A DNA stretch of 64,000 bases from Torpedo marmorata (taxonomy: Eukaryota). Under the pieces are notes generated by a model. The model was given only the letters and a program-made list of their open reading frames with translations. It had not been told where the DNA came from and searched no databases. Of this stretch, positions 21,128 through 34,329 are shown piece after piece (the first letter of the stretch is position 1; each line of letters starts with the position of its first letter). The translations under genes were made by a program, and so were the position numbers. Where the stretch lies: NCBI GenBank assembly GCA_977017645.1, contig OZ360219.1, positions 1,984,001-2,048,000 of the forward strand. Direction: 5' to 3'.

Positions 21128-21475
21128 GAGGAGGGTCTGTATGTATATATGTATATATTTTTTTTGTGTACATGGAGTGGTCACGTCACCCCGCTGGACT
21201 CTTTTTAAAAAGGAGGGGTGAATGTGGTAAACCACTGTGCTTGTATTGGTGGTACGTATAGGTACTGCGGGCCGGACTGATGCTACTCCCTCCCCTCCCT
21301 TGGGTGTCCAGGTAATCCCTCCCCTTTCCTCACCTGAATAAAGGCCACTGTATCTCGGCCATCCCCCTTCAGTCCGGACCTGATCGAGGAGGAAGCTCAG
21401 CTCCATTCTTAGCCAATAAAAGCCTATGATTCACTCGCTCTCACAGTCTTCGAGTTGTTATTGATAGGCCTATCA

Positions 21476-22080
21476 AGGGGGATCTCATTGAAACCTCTTG
21501 AATATTGAAAGCGCTGGAAACAGTGAAAGTGCAGAGGATGTTTCCAGTAGTCGGAGAGTCTAGGACCAGAGGGCACAGCCTTAGAATAAAAGAATGTCCC
21601 TTTGGAACAGCGATTCTCAACGGGGGCCACAGAACATTTCAGGGGAGGGCACAGACTGAAATCATAAAATATTTTAATGTTTTTTATGTAGTCGATAGGA
21701 GAAAAGTACAGAAGAAACCAACCAATTGACTGCTTGACAGGAAAGGGGGCCATTAAACTTTGAACAGAATCCTAAGGGGGCCTTAGCCAAAAAAAAAAGG
21801 ATTGAGATTGGGTGCTTTGGAATAGAGATTAGGAGAAAGTTCTTCAGCCAGAGGATGGTGAATTTGTGGAATTCGTTCCTACAGACATCTATGGTGGCCA
21901 GGTCATTGGATAGATTTAAAGCGGTGATTGATAGATTTGTGATTAGTATGGGTGTCAAAGGTTGTGGGGAGAAGGCAGGAAAATAGGGTTGAAAGGAAGA
22001 ACATATCACCCATGATTCAAATGGCAAAGCAGATTCAGGGGGCTGAACGGCCCAATTCTGCTTCTATTCTCATGTTATGT
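21476..22080 (+). mobile_element. CR1 right half with 3' end (contains hAT MITE)
   Basis: RMFPVVGESRTRGHSL motif; CR1 3' UTR. Confidence 0.8.
21608..21814. mobile_element. hAT (Charlie-like) MITE, ~207 bp
   Basis: 8-bp TSD CTTTGGAA; left TIR CAGCGATTCTCAAC (right TIR degenerate); homologous to 58500-58705. Confidence 0.75.
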
Positions 22081-22669
22081 TCTAATACATTTGATGGAAG
22101 ACAGATTGTTTGGTTATAAAACAGTTTTGAGCATTTTTTTAAAAGTCACAATGAATAAGAAGTCTCTAGTGTTTCTCAACCTTTTCCCCAGTTATACTAC
22201 AAGCATACCAGTTTATGATCAAGTATACTTGGGGAAAAAACTGTCAGCCTTCCACCAATATTTCAGACAGATCATGTGCTTTAGGTGGGAGGAAGGAAAA
22301 CATTTGCATTCAAACCCACCAAAACTTTTATTTTCTTATTAAAATGTTCTCTTCTGTTATCAATTGTTAATGATGAGGCAAAATATTAATTTTTACCCCC
22401 ATCTGGAATAAGAAGAAACATTTTTACCCAGAAAGTACTTGGAATGTGAAACCCACTTCCAGAGGGGATTGAGATGAGTAGGAAACTTGCAATTAAAAAG
22501 AAGTTAAATAGTAAAGGATGAAAAAGTAATATTGATTCTATTTAATTCTGCAATATTCAAATTTTGTATGCACATCTTGTAAAAAGAATATTATTTATTT
22601 TAACCAGAAACCACAAAAAATAGACCTATTTATAAATTGTTCTCTGTGTATAACATGTTAGAAGTAAGA

Positions 22670-23375
22670 TTTCAGATTTTCAGATTCAGATTGCAGATTT
22701 AGATTTATTGTCAGAGTACATACATGAGATCACATACAACCCTGAGATTCCTTTTTCCTGCGGGCACAGCAGAATTACCACTTATTGGTAGAGCAAAAAA
22801 TAAACTGTACATAGCGTAAAACATGTAAACAAACAAAGAACTGTAAACAGATAACGCATGTAAACAAACTGACTGTGCCATACAGAGAGAACAAAAAGAA
22901 AATCAATAAAGTGCACAAGTAAGAGTCCTTAAATGAGTCTCTTATTGAATTTGTCGTTGAGCAGTCTGATGGTGGAGGGGTAGCAGCTGTTCCTGAACCT
23001 GGTGGTGTGAGTCTTGTGGCAACTATACCTCTTTCCTGATGGCAGCAGCGAGAACAGAGCGTGTGCTGGGTGGTGAGGGTCTTTGATGGTTGCTGCTGCT
23101 CTCCAACGGCAGCGTTCCCTGTAGATGTACTCAATAGTGGAGAGGGTTTTGCCTGTGATGTCCTGGGCTGTGTCCACTACCTTTTGCAGGGCTTTACGCT
23201 CAGGGGTATTGGTGTTCCCATACCAGACCGTAATGCAGCATACTTTCCACCACACCTCTGTAGAAATTTGCCAGGGTTTCTGGTGTCATACCAAACCTCC
23301 GCAAACTCCTGAGGAAGTAGAGGCGCTGATGTGCTTTCTTCACGATGCCATTGGTGTGTTGGGTCCAGGAAAGAC
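22670..23375 (-). mobile_element. Rex1/Babar-type LINE 3' fragment
   Basis: ORF 22929-23255 ([23 protein letters not shown]); (tctgaa)n tail. Confidence 0.85.
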
Positions 23376-23382
23376 TTAGAGG

Positions 23383-24020
23383 TCAAGTCAAGTCAAGTCA
23401 CCTTTATTTGTCGTTCATTACCATATACACAGTAAGACGAGATAGCGTTTCTCCAGGACCATGGGCAGATGTACATAAATATCATAATACAATAGAAAAA
23501 CTATAACATGCTAATACACATATATATCTAGGAATTGAGGAGCCTGATGGCTTGGGGGAAAAAACTGTTGCACAGTCTGGACGTGCGAGCCTGAGTGCTT
23601 CGGTACCTCCTTCCAGATGGCAAAGGGGAAAACAGTTTACCAAAGGGGTGTGAGAAGTCCTTCACAATGTTTTTAGCCTTCCTCATGCATCGTGTGTTGT
23701 AGATGTCTGTCATGGTGGGGAGAGAGACTCCAATAATTTTCTCCGCTGCCCTCACTATCCTCTGCAGGGTCTTTTGGTCCGAGATGGTACAGTTACCAAA
23801 CCAAGCGGTGATGCAATTGCTCAGAATACTCTCAATACATCCCCTGTAGAATGTAGTAAGGATAGGGGGTGGGAGATGAACTTTCCTTAGTCTTCGCAGG
23901 AAGTAAAGACGCTGCTGGGCTTTCTTGACTATGGAACTGGTGTTGAGGGACCAGGTGAGACTCTCTGCCAAGTGCCCTCCAAGAAACTTGGTACTCTTTA
24001 CGACCTCAACGGTAGAGCCG
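23383..24020 (-). mobile_element. Second Rex1/Babar-type subfamily 3' fragment
   Basis: ORF 23528-24088 (KKAQQRLYFLRRL..FYRGCIESIL); (ttgac)n tail. Confidence 0.85.
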
Positions 24021-24472
24021 TAATTGTGGTGCCACTGTGATAATTTCTGGTGCATTTTATTGTTTACTGCCTCATTCAATAAATGCAATAAAAATTTTGT
24101 ACCATCAACCGAGAACGCAGCTTTACATCATTGTTGCTAAGGATCACAATGTCAGAGCCTTGACATACACTTGCTGTGGCAGTCAAATAACTGCACAAAA
24201 GCTATCATGGAAAGAAGGAAATCACAGAGGAAGGGGGTTATGCGTTTTCATTGTATTTGTCCACACCTCTCCACCTCCATAATCACATTCATGCAACCAT
24301 TCCCTTCTCCTAAGTGGCTTCAAGACCTTGTGAGACACTTATTTATAAATTACGCAGTGCTGAGAGAGATCTGCCAGGCACTCACTCTGACAGCACACCT
24401 TGCTGCACAAACATGCCAGTGGTTAGTCAGGCAGGCACAGTGAGGAAGCTTAACATTGATGACCCAGCAGTA

Positions 24473-24675
24473 CAGTACAACCCCAGGTATCCGACACCTA
24501 TGGGGATTGGCAGATGCCGGATAAGTGAATTTGCCAGTCGCTTGAGATTGCATATTGCATGGATTGGCGAACTGACTGTTAGGGGTGCCAATTTTAAACT
24601 TTTGTATTTTTTACCTATTTATTTTCCAATGTTTTTTTCCGGATGCTTGAATTACAGATAACGGGGATTTTACTG
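24473..24675. mobile_element. Tigger/pogo-like MITE
   Basis: Imperfect TIRs CAGTACAACCCC / GGGGATTTTACTG with TA at the left flank. Confidence 0.65.
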
Positions 24676-24704
24676 TTTTTAATATGCACATTTCATATTT
24701 TCTC

Positions 24705-25020
24705 ACGATGAAGAATGAGGCCATTCAACCCACCAGGTCTATTTCCTGTCCTGAGAGCATTCCCATCAATCCCATTCCCCCACTTATTTCCGGTAACCTA
24801 TTCTCTCTTTCTCATGCCCATCGACTCCTTCCAGATTCCCCTGCCACCTACCTACATGCAAGGCAATTTATGGGAGACAGTGAAGTCTATCAGCATGTCA
24901 GTAGGATGTTGGAGGTCAGTTGAGCACCTGATGGATATCCATGAGGTCACAGGGAGAATGCAAACCCCACACAGAGAGTACGTGAGGCAGCAGCCACAAT
25001 TCCAGTATTACTGTGCCACA
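24705..25020 (-). mobile_element. Old tRNA/V-SINE-like element
   Basis: Degenerate similarity to the SINEs at 43684 and 59636. Confidence 0.45.
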
Positions 25021-26084
25021 CATGGTTGGTTACTTGCACAAGATTTGTCATTAATGAACGAAAATGCAGGTGGCATGATGCAAATTTTGGCACCAATTTT
25101 CAGTGTTAATGAAAAGATAACATGCAGAAAGAACAGCCAGAAGATAACAACCATGCTGAGGGGAATCATGACCATGTGTGCCCATTTGAAATTTCCTGTG
25201 GACAAAACTCCAATTGGAAATAAGCATAGCCATATAAGTACACAACAAAATGATTTTATGGCATTTCACTTATAAACAGGAATGTGAATTACCATTATTT
25301 TTAGTACCATACAGTGCAAAGTTAATTTAAAGTGGTTAATCATGATCATTTCCAGGCAAAGTTGCACAATAGATTAAAGGATTCAGATCTGAAACATTTC
25401 TACCCATAGAAGCTGCCTGACCTGCTGAGTTCTCCAGCAATTCTTTGTTTGCACAAAAGTTAAACTAGACCAGACATTTCCACTCAGGGTTAATATTCCA
25501 AAATTTCATGTTATCCCAACATCAGAGATAAAGTTAATGCCGTTGGTTGTTATGGAATACATGTTTAAAATCTTTCCAATATAAAGTGGTTCTCCCAGGT
25601 CCAAAAAACAACTCATGATTGACAGTCAGACTCTATGCGAAGCTCCCTCATGACAAGTGGTTAATAAAAGGGCAAAGGAAACACCTCAAGGATGTTTCTT
25701 AAAGCTTCATTGATAAAATGTAACATCTTCCACAACCTGTACAAATACCTTGCCCATGAATTATCAAAATGTAGAAGGAGCATTCAGGATGGGTCAGAGA
25801 AACCTGTTTCCTTGTTGAAAGCATCCAAAAGCTCAGCGAGAACAGCAGAATGAACACTTTGCCTCTCTTACTGCCCATCTACCCATCCTATTCTAGATCT
25901 CTTACAGTGGAGTCTGCAGATCCTGCACAGATACCGTTCTCTGATTGTTGCATTTCAAATGGTTGTAGCTATGATAAATTGGGGGTGTTTCCATCGAGAC
26001 CCACATATCTTTTCTGGGTGGAAACCAGCTGACACGAGGCTGCATAGTTTGCAATAAATTCTGTGATAATTTTGGAGGGCAAGA

Positions 26085-26615
26085 AACAAATGTGCTGGAG
26101 TAACTCAGCACGTCATGCAGCATCTATAAGAAGTAAAGGGGAATCAACGTTCAGGCCTGAGCCCTTCATCGAAGTACGAGCAAAAAGCAGGTAGGCACCT
26201 GAATTAAAATGTGGGGGGAGGAGAGGAGGGAGGGAGGTTCAGGGGTGGAGTACAGGCTAACAGGTAAAAGCTCATAGGTGGATATGGGTGGGAGGGTAGA
26301 AGAGAAAAAACCTGAGAAGTGATAGGGGGAGGGGATAGGTCTGAATGGAGAGGGGAAAGGGGTGGGGAGCTGGCGGAAAGGAGATAGAGCGATAGGGAAA
26401 GAGAGAGACCCGGGGGAGGGAGTTCACGGAAACTGGAGAAGTTGATGTTAATGCCATCTGGTTGGAGAGTGCCCAGACCGAATATGAGGGGTTGTTCCTC
26501 CAATTTGGGGGTAGCCTGGGTTTAGCAGTGCATGAGGCCATAGTCAGACATGTCCGTGTGGGAATGGTGTGTGGTATTAAAATGACTGACCACTGGCAGG
26601 TGATGGTGTGTGGAA
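26085..26615 (-). mobile_element. PLE 3' fragment with degenerate hammerhead
   Basis: EEQPLIFGLGTLQPDGINI C-terminus; hammerhead-like motif at ~26145-26172. Confidence 0.8.
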
Positions 26616-26659
26616 TTAAAGCCCTGGAATACCTGGACAGTAAAGATGCATACATCAGG

Positions 26660-29600
26660 TGTTGTAATGTGAGCTGTTTTGAAAGTGAGGCTGGTTCCGG
26701 AGTAAGGGAGGGGTTTTACTTCCTGTTTTTATTTACTTCTGGTGTGCCTTGTATATTGCTTAGAGACCATGCCGTGTGGTCCAGAGGGAAAAAACAGAGG
26801 AAGAAAATAAGCCTCTGTATATGTATGGTTTTGCTGTTCCAGATAAAGTTGTTCTTTTGAGCTTGAAGTTGTTGAGTGGTCCTTTTTCAAAGTAGAAGTT
26901 ACCACATTTTTGGCGACGAGGTGAACTGGTTTTGTGGAAGTGTCGACCTGTTTTTTAATCGGAGCTGTGCGTTTGGATGGCTACGTTCGGGATTATCGGT
27001 GAATTTGTGGAAGGAAATGAGGATTGGTTGGAGTATGAGGAAAGGTTGGGACAATTTTTCTGTGATAATGGAATTACGAAGGAGGCTAAGAAGCGCTCTA
27101 TTCTCCTGAGTGTGTGTGGGGCACAGACTTACAAGTTGATAAGGAACTTAGCCACACCGTGGAAACCGGGGGAAATTCTATTTGACTAACTGGTCAAGCT
27201 TGTGGTGAACTACCACAATCCGAACCCTTCTGTGATAGGCCAACGGTTTAAGTTTCACAGCCTTTTCAGGAAGCCAGGTCAGTCTGTGGCCAATTTTGTG
27301 GCCGAGCTTCGGCAGCTATCGGAGCATTGTGATTTCGAGGCAGTATTGGATGATATACTCCATGATAGATTGGAATGTGGCATTAATAATGACGCCATAC
27401 AACGCCGCATGTTGGGGGAAACCCCATCGCTGACTTTCAAGAAAGCCCTAGAGATTGCCCAAGGCATGGAGATGGCTGCTAATAATGCCAAGGATATCCA
27501 GAAAGGACATGGGGGGTCGCAGTCAGCGGCAGTGTACCAAGTCAGGAGGGAGACTGGTATACAGGCAAAGCGGGTGGAATGTTTTCGGTGTGGAGGGACG
27601 CACTATGCAAATGATTGCAAATTCAAAGACACTGTCTGCTATGGTTGTGGCAAAAAGGGACATTTAGCTAAGAAGTGCAGGAGTTCAAAGGGTAAGGTTA
27701 AGTCTGGGCAGGGGAAAGCTCAACGGGCTCCGGCAGCCACACACTACCTAGAAGAAACAGATGAAGAGACAGCGTGTACTTACAATATGTTTGGAGTGGA
27801 AACAGATGAGGAACCACCTGAACCATATTCTGCCACAATCACTGTCAGGGGAAAGGATATTAAGTTTGAGGTTGATTCAGGGGCCACAGCATCGGTCATC
27901 AGTGAGGAGACCTACAGGAGGACATGGGGGTCCAACCTGCCTCCCATCAGACCGTCAAAGCTCAAACTCAGGACCTATACGGGGCAGCCCATAGGGGTGT
28001 TATATGTGAATATTTTAGCTGGGGGTCAGAAGGCGGAAGCCAGGCTGGTGATAGCTCAGGGTAGCGGGCCCAGTCTTTTGGGCCACGATTGGCTTCGCAA
28101 AATCCGGCTCAACTGGCATGAAATTAAGTATGCACACAGGGCGGAGGACATTCTGCAGCGCTACAGTGACGTTTTCAGGGATGAGCTGGGCACACTGAAG
28201 GGCGTGACAGTGAAACTCAATGTTGACCCTGAGGCCACACCATGTTTTTTTAAGCCCAGGGTGGTGCCCTACACCATGAAAGACAAGGTCGAGGAGGAGC
28301 TGAAACCTTTACAGCGGTTCGGCATCATTGAGTCCGTCTAGTTTTCAAGGTGGGCCGCTCCCGTTGTTCCAGTTTTGAAGGCAGACAAAATGGTGAGGAT
28401 ATGTGGGGACTATAAGCTTGCGGTGAATCAGGTCTCTAAGCTGGAGGAGTACCCATTGCCATGGGTGGGTGACCTGTTTGCGACCCTGTCAGGGGGTAAG
28501 CTATTCACAAAGCTGGACATGAGCCACGCTTACCAACAGCTGCTGCTCGACGAGGATTCTAAGGAGTACGTCACAATTAACACACATAAGGGATTATTTA
28601 AATACAATCGCCTGGTGTTTGGAGTGGCGTCCAGCCTCGCCATTTTCCAAAGGACAATGGACACCTTGCTGCAGGGGATTCCGCACGAAGTGGTGTATCT
28701 GGATGATATTTTGATCACGGGGGCCACGGAGGTGGAGTATCTGGCTAACTTGGAACAGGTGTTGAAGAGGCTCTCAGATGCAGGGCTGCGATTGAAACGC
28801 AGCAACTGTGTGTTCCTGGCACCGAGTGTGACCTACCTGGGACACAAGATCACAGCTGAGGGGCTCTGCCCAGTGGAGGACAAAGTGAGAGCTATCAAGG
28901 AGGCCCCAAGCCCAAAGAGCGTCACGGAACTTAGATCATTTTTGGGCATGGTGAATTATTATGGCAAGTTTCTTCCTGACCTCTCAAGGGTTTTGGCCCC
29001 ACTGTACAAGCTGTTTCACAATAACACCAAGTGGCAGTGGAGTGAAGAGCAGGAGGAAGCTTTCAAGGACGCGAAAGAACTCCTCCACTCAGCGAAGCTG
29101 CTGGTTCACTATGACCCAGATAAGGAGATCACCCTTTCATGTGACACCTCGTCCTATGGAGTAGGGGCAGTTCTCTCACATGTAATGGAGGACCGTTCAG
29201 AGAAGCCTATTGGTTTTGCTTCACGTACCCTGACGGCTGCTAAATGGGATATTCACAGCTAGACAAAGAAGGTCTGGCCATTGTTTTTGCGCTCAAACAT
29301 TTTCATCAGTACCTCTATGGAAGTGCATTCACAATTTATACAGATCATAAACCACTGATGAGCCTGTTCAGTGAGACCAGATGTGTCCCACCGCTAGCCT
29401 CAGCTAGGATACAGCGTTGGGCTCTCAAATTGTCAGCTTACCAGTACACTATTGTGTATAGAGGAGGTGGGATAATGCAAATGCCGATGCGCTGAGTCGT
29501 CTACCTTTACCTGAGACACCGGATACTACATATGTGCCTCCAGAGACGGTGTTTTCATTGGAGAGGCTGTCAGACACACCTGTAAAGGTGACTCAGATAA

Positions 29601-31364
29601 AGCAGTGGACAGAGAGGGACCCAGTCCTGTCTCAAGTCAAGACTTTCCTTTTACAAGGATGGCCCAGTATCGTGGAAGGAGAGGAACTGAAGCCTTATGC
29701 CAAACGTAAGACAGAATTGAGTCTGCAGGATGACTGCATTTTGTTGGGGGCGAGGGTCATCGTGCCTCCCCCTGGCCATTCAAAGATTGTGGAGGAAGTT
29801 TATGAGACTCATCCAGGGGTGTCTCGAATGAAAAGCCTTGCAAGATCCTACGTCTGGTGGCCAACAATGGATCAGGATCTGGAGAACAAGGTAAAATCAT
29901 GCACACAACATCAGATCAATCAGAAAATGCCACCAGCAGCTCCTTTGCACCCATGGGAGTGGCCAGACCACCCCTGGTCTAGGCTACATTTGGACTTTGC
30001 TGGCCCTTTTATGGGGCAGATGTTTGTAGTAATGGTGGATGCGCATTCCAAATGGATAGAAGCTCACATCATGGGCAACATTACAGCCCACTCAACCATA
30101 GACAAACTCAGGCAAGTGTTTGCAGTCCAGGGGTTGCCTGACACTCTGGTCACTGATAATGGCCCGACGTTTACCAGTGAGCTGTTCAGTGAGTTCATGC
30201 AGCAGAATGGCATTCATCACATTCGGACGGCCCCTTTCCACCCAGCCTCAAATGATTTGGCTGAGCGGGCTGTTCAGACAGTGAAGGAAGGCCTGAAGAG
30301 GATGACAGGGGACTCTCTTAGCATCAGGCTTTCACGTTTCTTGTTTAAATACCGCCTTACGCCGCAGACTACAACTGCACGCACTCCAGCGGAGATGCTG
30401 ATAGGGCGTAGGCCCAAGTCAAGATTGGACCTGCTGTGCCTGGACATGAAGGCCAGAGTGGAGAGGAAGCAGGAAAAGCAGATGGAGGGACATGATCAAC
30501 ATGAGCGAGAAAGACAGTTAAAACCAGATGACAATGTCTATGTGAGAAACAATCAGTAATGGCTACCCGGGGTTATTCTTAAGCAGAGTGGGCCTGTCTC
30601 CTATGTTGTTAAGCTGACTGACGGACATGTTTTCCGCAGACAACAGGACCGTGTGTGCTTGCGTCATGATACATACGCAGAGGCAGACAGTTCCATGGAG
30701 TTTCCAATGGTGAAACAGACTACTGTGGAAGTGTGTTCCTCAGTGACTTTGCCAGAGGGAGAGACGCTGGCAGAGGGGTCTGGGTCCCCTGAGGAGGATG
30801 GACATTCCCACACGGACACACAGACCCTTCTTATGTCCCCAGCACCAGATCCGCCCAAAACACCTTCGTCAGCGGTGCCAGCTGCGTCATCGGGGGTAGT
30901 GCGCAGATCACAGCACACTCGCAAACCTCCTGATAGACTGAATCTTTGATTGGACAGTTTTTTAGTGGACTGAATGTGGAATCTGCCACGTTTTTCAGAT
31001 GTTTTAGTATTGTTAAATTGTTGCTGAGACGTTATTATAAGTTTTAGGAGAACGCAAGCTAATGACACCATTGTTCTTTTATACTTGGGGCATGTTGGAT
31101 TTTAAAGGGGGAGAAGTGTTGTAATGTGAGGTGTTTTGAAAGTGAGGCTGGTTCCGGAGTAAGGGGGTGATTTTACTTCCTGTTTTCTTTTACTTCCGGT
31201 GTGCCTTGTATATAGCTTCGAGACCATGCCGTGTGATCCAGAGGCAAAAAAACAGAGGAAGAAAATAAGCCTCTGTATATGTATGGTTTTGCTGTTCCAG
31301 ATAAAGTTGTTCTTTCGAGCTTGAAGTTGTCAAGTGGTCCTTGTTCAAAGTAGACGTTACTACA
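26660..31364 (+). mobile_element. Older Ty3/Gypsy LTR retrotransposon (K02A2.6/Mag-like) with tRNA-Ser PBS
   Basis: Diverged LTRs 26660-26906 and 31117-31364; TSD TCAGG; PBS TGGCGACGAGG (26911-26921) complementary to the tRNA-Ser(GCU) 3' end; PPT AAAGGGGGAGAAG. Confidence 0.92.
26977..30949 (+). pseudogene. pol: Disrupted gag-pol
   Basis: Pieces with CCHC knuckles, VDSGA, YLDD, LSCDTS, HPG and LVTDNG..AER, separated by stops and frameshifts. Confidence 0.88.
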
Positions 31365-32551
31365 TCAGGATGCTCGTTATCAATTGCAGTTCAGCATTTA
31401 ACACCAACATCCCCTCAAAACTGATCAGCAAATTCCAAGACCTGGGAGTTAACACCCCACTGTGTAATTGGATCCTGGATTTCCTCACCTCCAGACCACA
31501 ATCAGCGAAGATTGGTAAGAACTTCTCATCCACAATTTCCATCAGTACCAGAGCACCACAGGGCCGCGTTCTTAGCCCCCTGATCTACTCACTTTTCACC
31601 TATGACTGTGCAGCTCGGTATGACAACACCACCATCTACAAATTCACTGATGATACCATGGTAGTGGGTTGTATAAAATGGGGCGATGAGTCATCATACA
31701 GGAGGGAGATTGAAAACTTGGCTGAATTGTGCACCAACAACAACCTTGCACTCAATGTCACCAAAACCAAGGAGCTGATTGTTGACTTCAGGAAAGGAAA
31801 ACCAGAGGTATACAATCCAGTGATCATTGGGGGAATCAGAGGTGGAGAGGGTGAGCAAATTTAAGTTCTTGGGAGTCACTATCTCGGAGGATCTTTCCTG
31901 GATCCAATGCACTAATGGCATCGTGAAGAAAGCACGTCAATGCCTCAACTTCCTCAGGAGTTTGCGGAGGTTTGGTATGACATCAGAAACCCTGGCAAAT
32001 TTCTACAGATGTGTGGTGGAAAGTGTGTTGACCAGCTGCATCACGGTCTGGTATGGGGACACCAATGCCCCTGAGAGAAAAGCCCTGCAAAAGGTAGTGG
32101 ACACAGCCCAGGACATCATGGGTAAAATGCACCCCACCATCAAGAACATCTATGGGGAACGCTGCCATCGGAGAGCAGCAGCAATCATCAAGGATCCACA
32201 CCACCCAGCACACGCTCTGATCTCACTGCTACCATCAAGAAAGAGGTATAGGTGCCACAAGACTCGCACCACCAGGTTCAGGAACAGCTGCTACCCCTCC
32301 ACCATCAGACCCCTCAACGACAAACTCAATCAGGGACTCATTTAAGGACTCTTACTTTTGCACTTTATTATTTTTTTCCCTCTCTGCATTGCACACTCAG
32401 TTTGTTTACATTTCTTTATTTGTTTACATGTGTACAATGTGTACTTTTTTTTTTGCACGACAAATAATTGGTAATTCTGCCTCGCCCGCACGAAACAGAA
32501 TCTCAGGGTTGTATGTGATGTCATGTATGTACTCTGACAATAAATCTGAAT
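31365..32551 (+). mobile_element. Rex1/Babar-type LINE (left stub at 26618-26659), target of the Gypsy insertion
   Basis: ORFs 31334-31864 and 31827-32345; tail tgacaataaatctgaa. Confidence 0.88.
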
Positions 32552-32621
32552 TAAAATGTTGGCCAATATTCCATCTGGATACTCTCCGGTCACACAGCAT
32601 CCATAGTCATTAAAAGGCTAT

Positions 32622-32651
32622 CAACCTTTCAGGCCTGAGCCCTTCATCAGG
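32622..32651 (-). ncRNA. Hammerhead-like motif in PLE terminal-repeat fragment
   Basis: Minus strand CUGAUGA-A-GGGCUCAGGCCU-GAAAG. Confidence 0.45.
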
Positions 32652-32896
32652 AATCTGGAAAAGGCCATTTGGCTTCTCGTACGTTCTCCAACATTCATTA
32701 AGATTATATACGATCCGTTATAGCATTATATTCTTCCTCCTTTCCTTTAGATTCTCTGACTATCTAAAAATCTTTCAATCCCTCTCATGGATTTACTTTG
32801 TGACTGAGTGTCCTACCCTCTTCGGAACTGGAATTCCAAGGATTCACCACACTCTTGGTCAAGAAATTTCATCTTATTTCAGTCTTGATAAAAATA

Positions 32897-33697
32897 TGGC
32901 AGTGCTGCCACTGGTGCGGACCCGCGGTGAGTGAGGAGACAAGACACAGTGATCCTCCACAGGATTCTACTGCCCTGTCCAACTACCGATGAATCTGTAC
33001 AGGCTTTAAACAGCCTGTTAAAGGAGTTGACGGTGGTTTATTTTAAAATCCTGCGACCACGGGGTCTGGGCTCAAGATGGCAGCACCTATGTTCGGCAGC
33101 ACCCTCGAGGGGTTGCAGACTCCGGGGAAGCAGAGGACTGGCGCAGGGCACCAGAAAAGAGGGAGACCACCCCCTGTTTGAGAAGGAGACGCAGAGGAGA
33201 GGACCCACAGGACGGTGACCGTGGTGGCGGACCAGTGAGGGGCAACGGACTGTTGGTGACTTGAGGCAAGGAACCTGTGCAGGCTGTGGGCTGCTGGTAG
33301 CTGCGGCCAAAGGAATCATACCATTTTGTGGATTGCCGGAGACTGGCTTGAGGCTCACTGAAGGGTTGCCACGTATTGGAGCCGGGATGTAAGAGGTTGC
33401 CAAGGGTGCTGGGGTCTTCCTGATTGTGTCGGTGGTTTGAATCTGGAGCTCGGGTTGCTGATGGCTTGATCTGGAGTCTGTATGGCTGTGGAGGCTGCGT
33501 GAGCGCTGGAGGTGAATCCACTGACACTCGGTGACTCTGGGGGAACTCTCTTTTGTTTCTCTTTCTCTGACTTTTAGAGGTGCCCGGCAATTTCTGCTGA
33601 TGGCAAATCTGTCGGTCTAATGGAAGACTGAAGCAAATTTTGTGTAACATTACACCAGTTTTATTACATGACAATAAAGGAATCTTGAATCTTGAAT
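32897..33697 (+). mobile_element. Non-coding ~800-bp non-autonomous retroposon with Rex1-like tail
   Basis: Homologous to 56031-56812 and to the L1-split copy at 39081-39234/42111-42490; ends tgacaataaagga(atcttga)2. Confidence 0.65.
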
Positions 33698-34329
33698 TGC
33701 TGATTTCTTACCGTGAGACTGCAAAGAGCTGCTGCAAGTTTATTTTTCTTAAGGTTGAGAAAATAGATCCGTACATAATGTTCCAGATGAGGTCTCAAAG
33801 AATTACAACACATATGTCAAACTTAATTTCACTTCCATAAATTCATGTTGAGTCTACCCAAACCTATTATATTCCAAGCATTGTGTTACCACTTCTTTAG
33901 TAATAGATTCCAGCAATTTTCCCAGTGATCGATGTCAGGCTAAGTTTTGTCATGATTATTATATTATTCTTGCACTCTAGTTTCCTGCTTTAAATTATAT
34001 GTTGTATTAGTAATACTGTTTTGGGCCAACTTACAATTTTAACCAATGCATTCTCCTCCTCAATGTCTCTTAGCTCCACCTGAACTGATACTACTTTTTG
34101 ATTTTCTGGTTAAGGTATTTCCTCTCAGTTTCCTTTCTGCTACACTTTAAAACAAGGGTTAAACCACCTCACTATTCAATTTGCTTACCTTGTCTAAAAG
34201 TTAAGTATTCGGCAGTAGATAATTACTGATATTGGTCACTCTCTCAGAGATATAAAACCCAAGTCATTTATTTCTAATTGTTTCATTAATTCACCCACCT
34301 TGCACTGAAAATTTCTTGCCTTCCATTAC

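Larger units (their letters stand above)
16778..21475 (+). mobile_element. Young Ty3/Gypsy LTR retrotransposon
   Basis: Apparently identical 253-bp LTRs (16778-17030, 21223-21475), TG..CA ends, TSD AGGGG, PPT AAAAAGGAGGGGTGAA, PR-RT-RH-IN order. Confidence 0.95.

Noticed and set aside
25560-25990. Possible RTE-clade LINE remnant
   Set aside because: Only a faint motif resemblance; too degenerate to annotate confidently.
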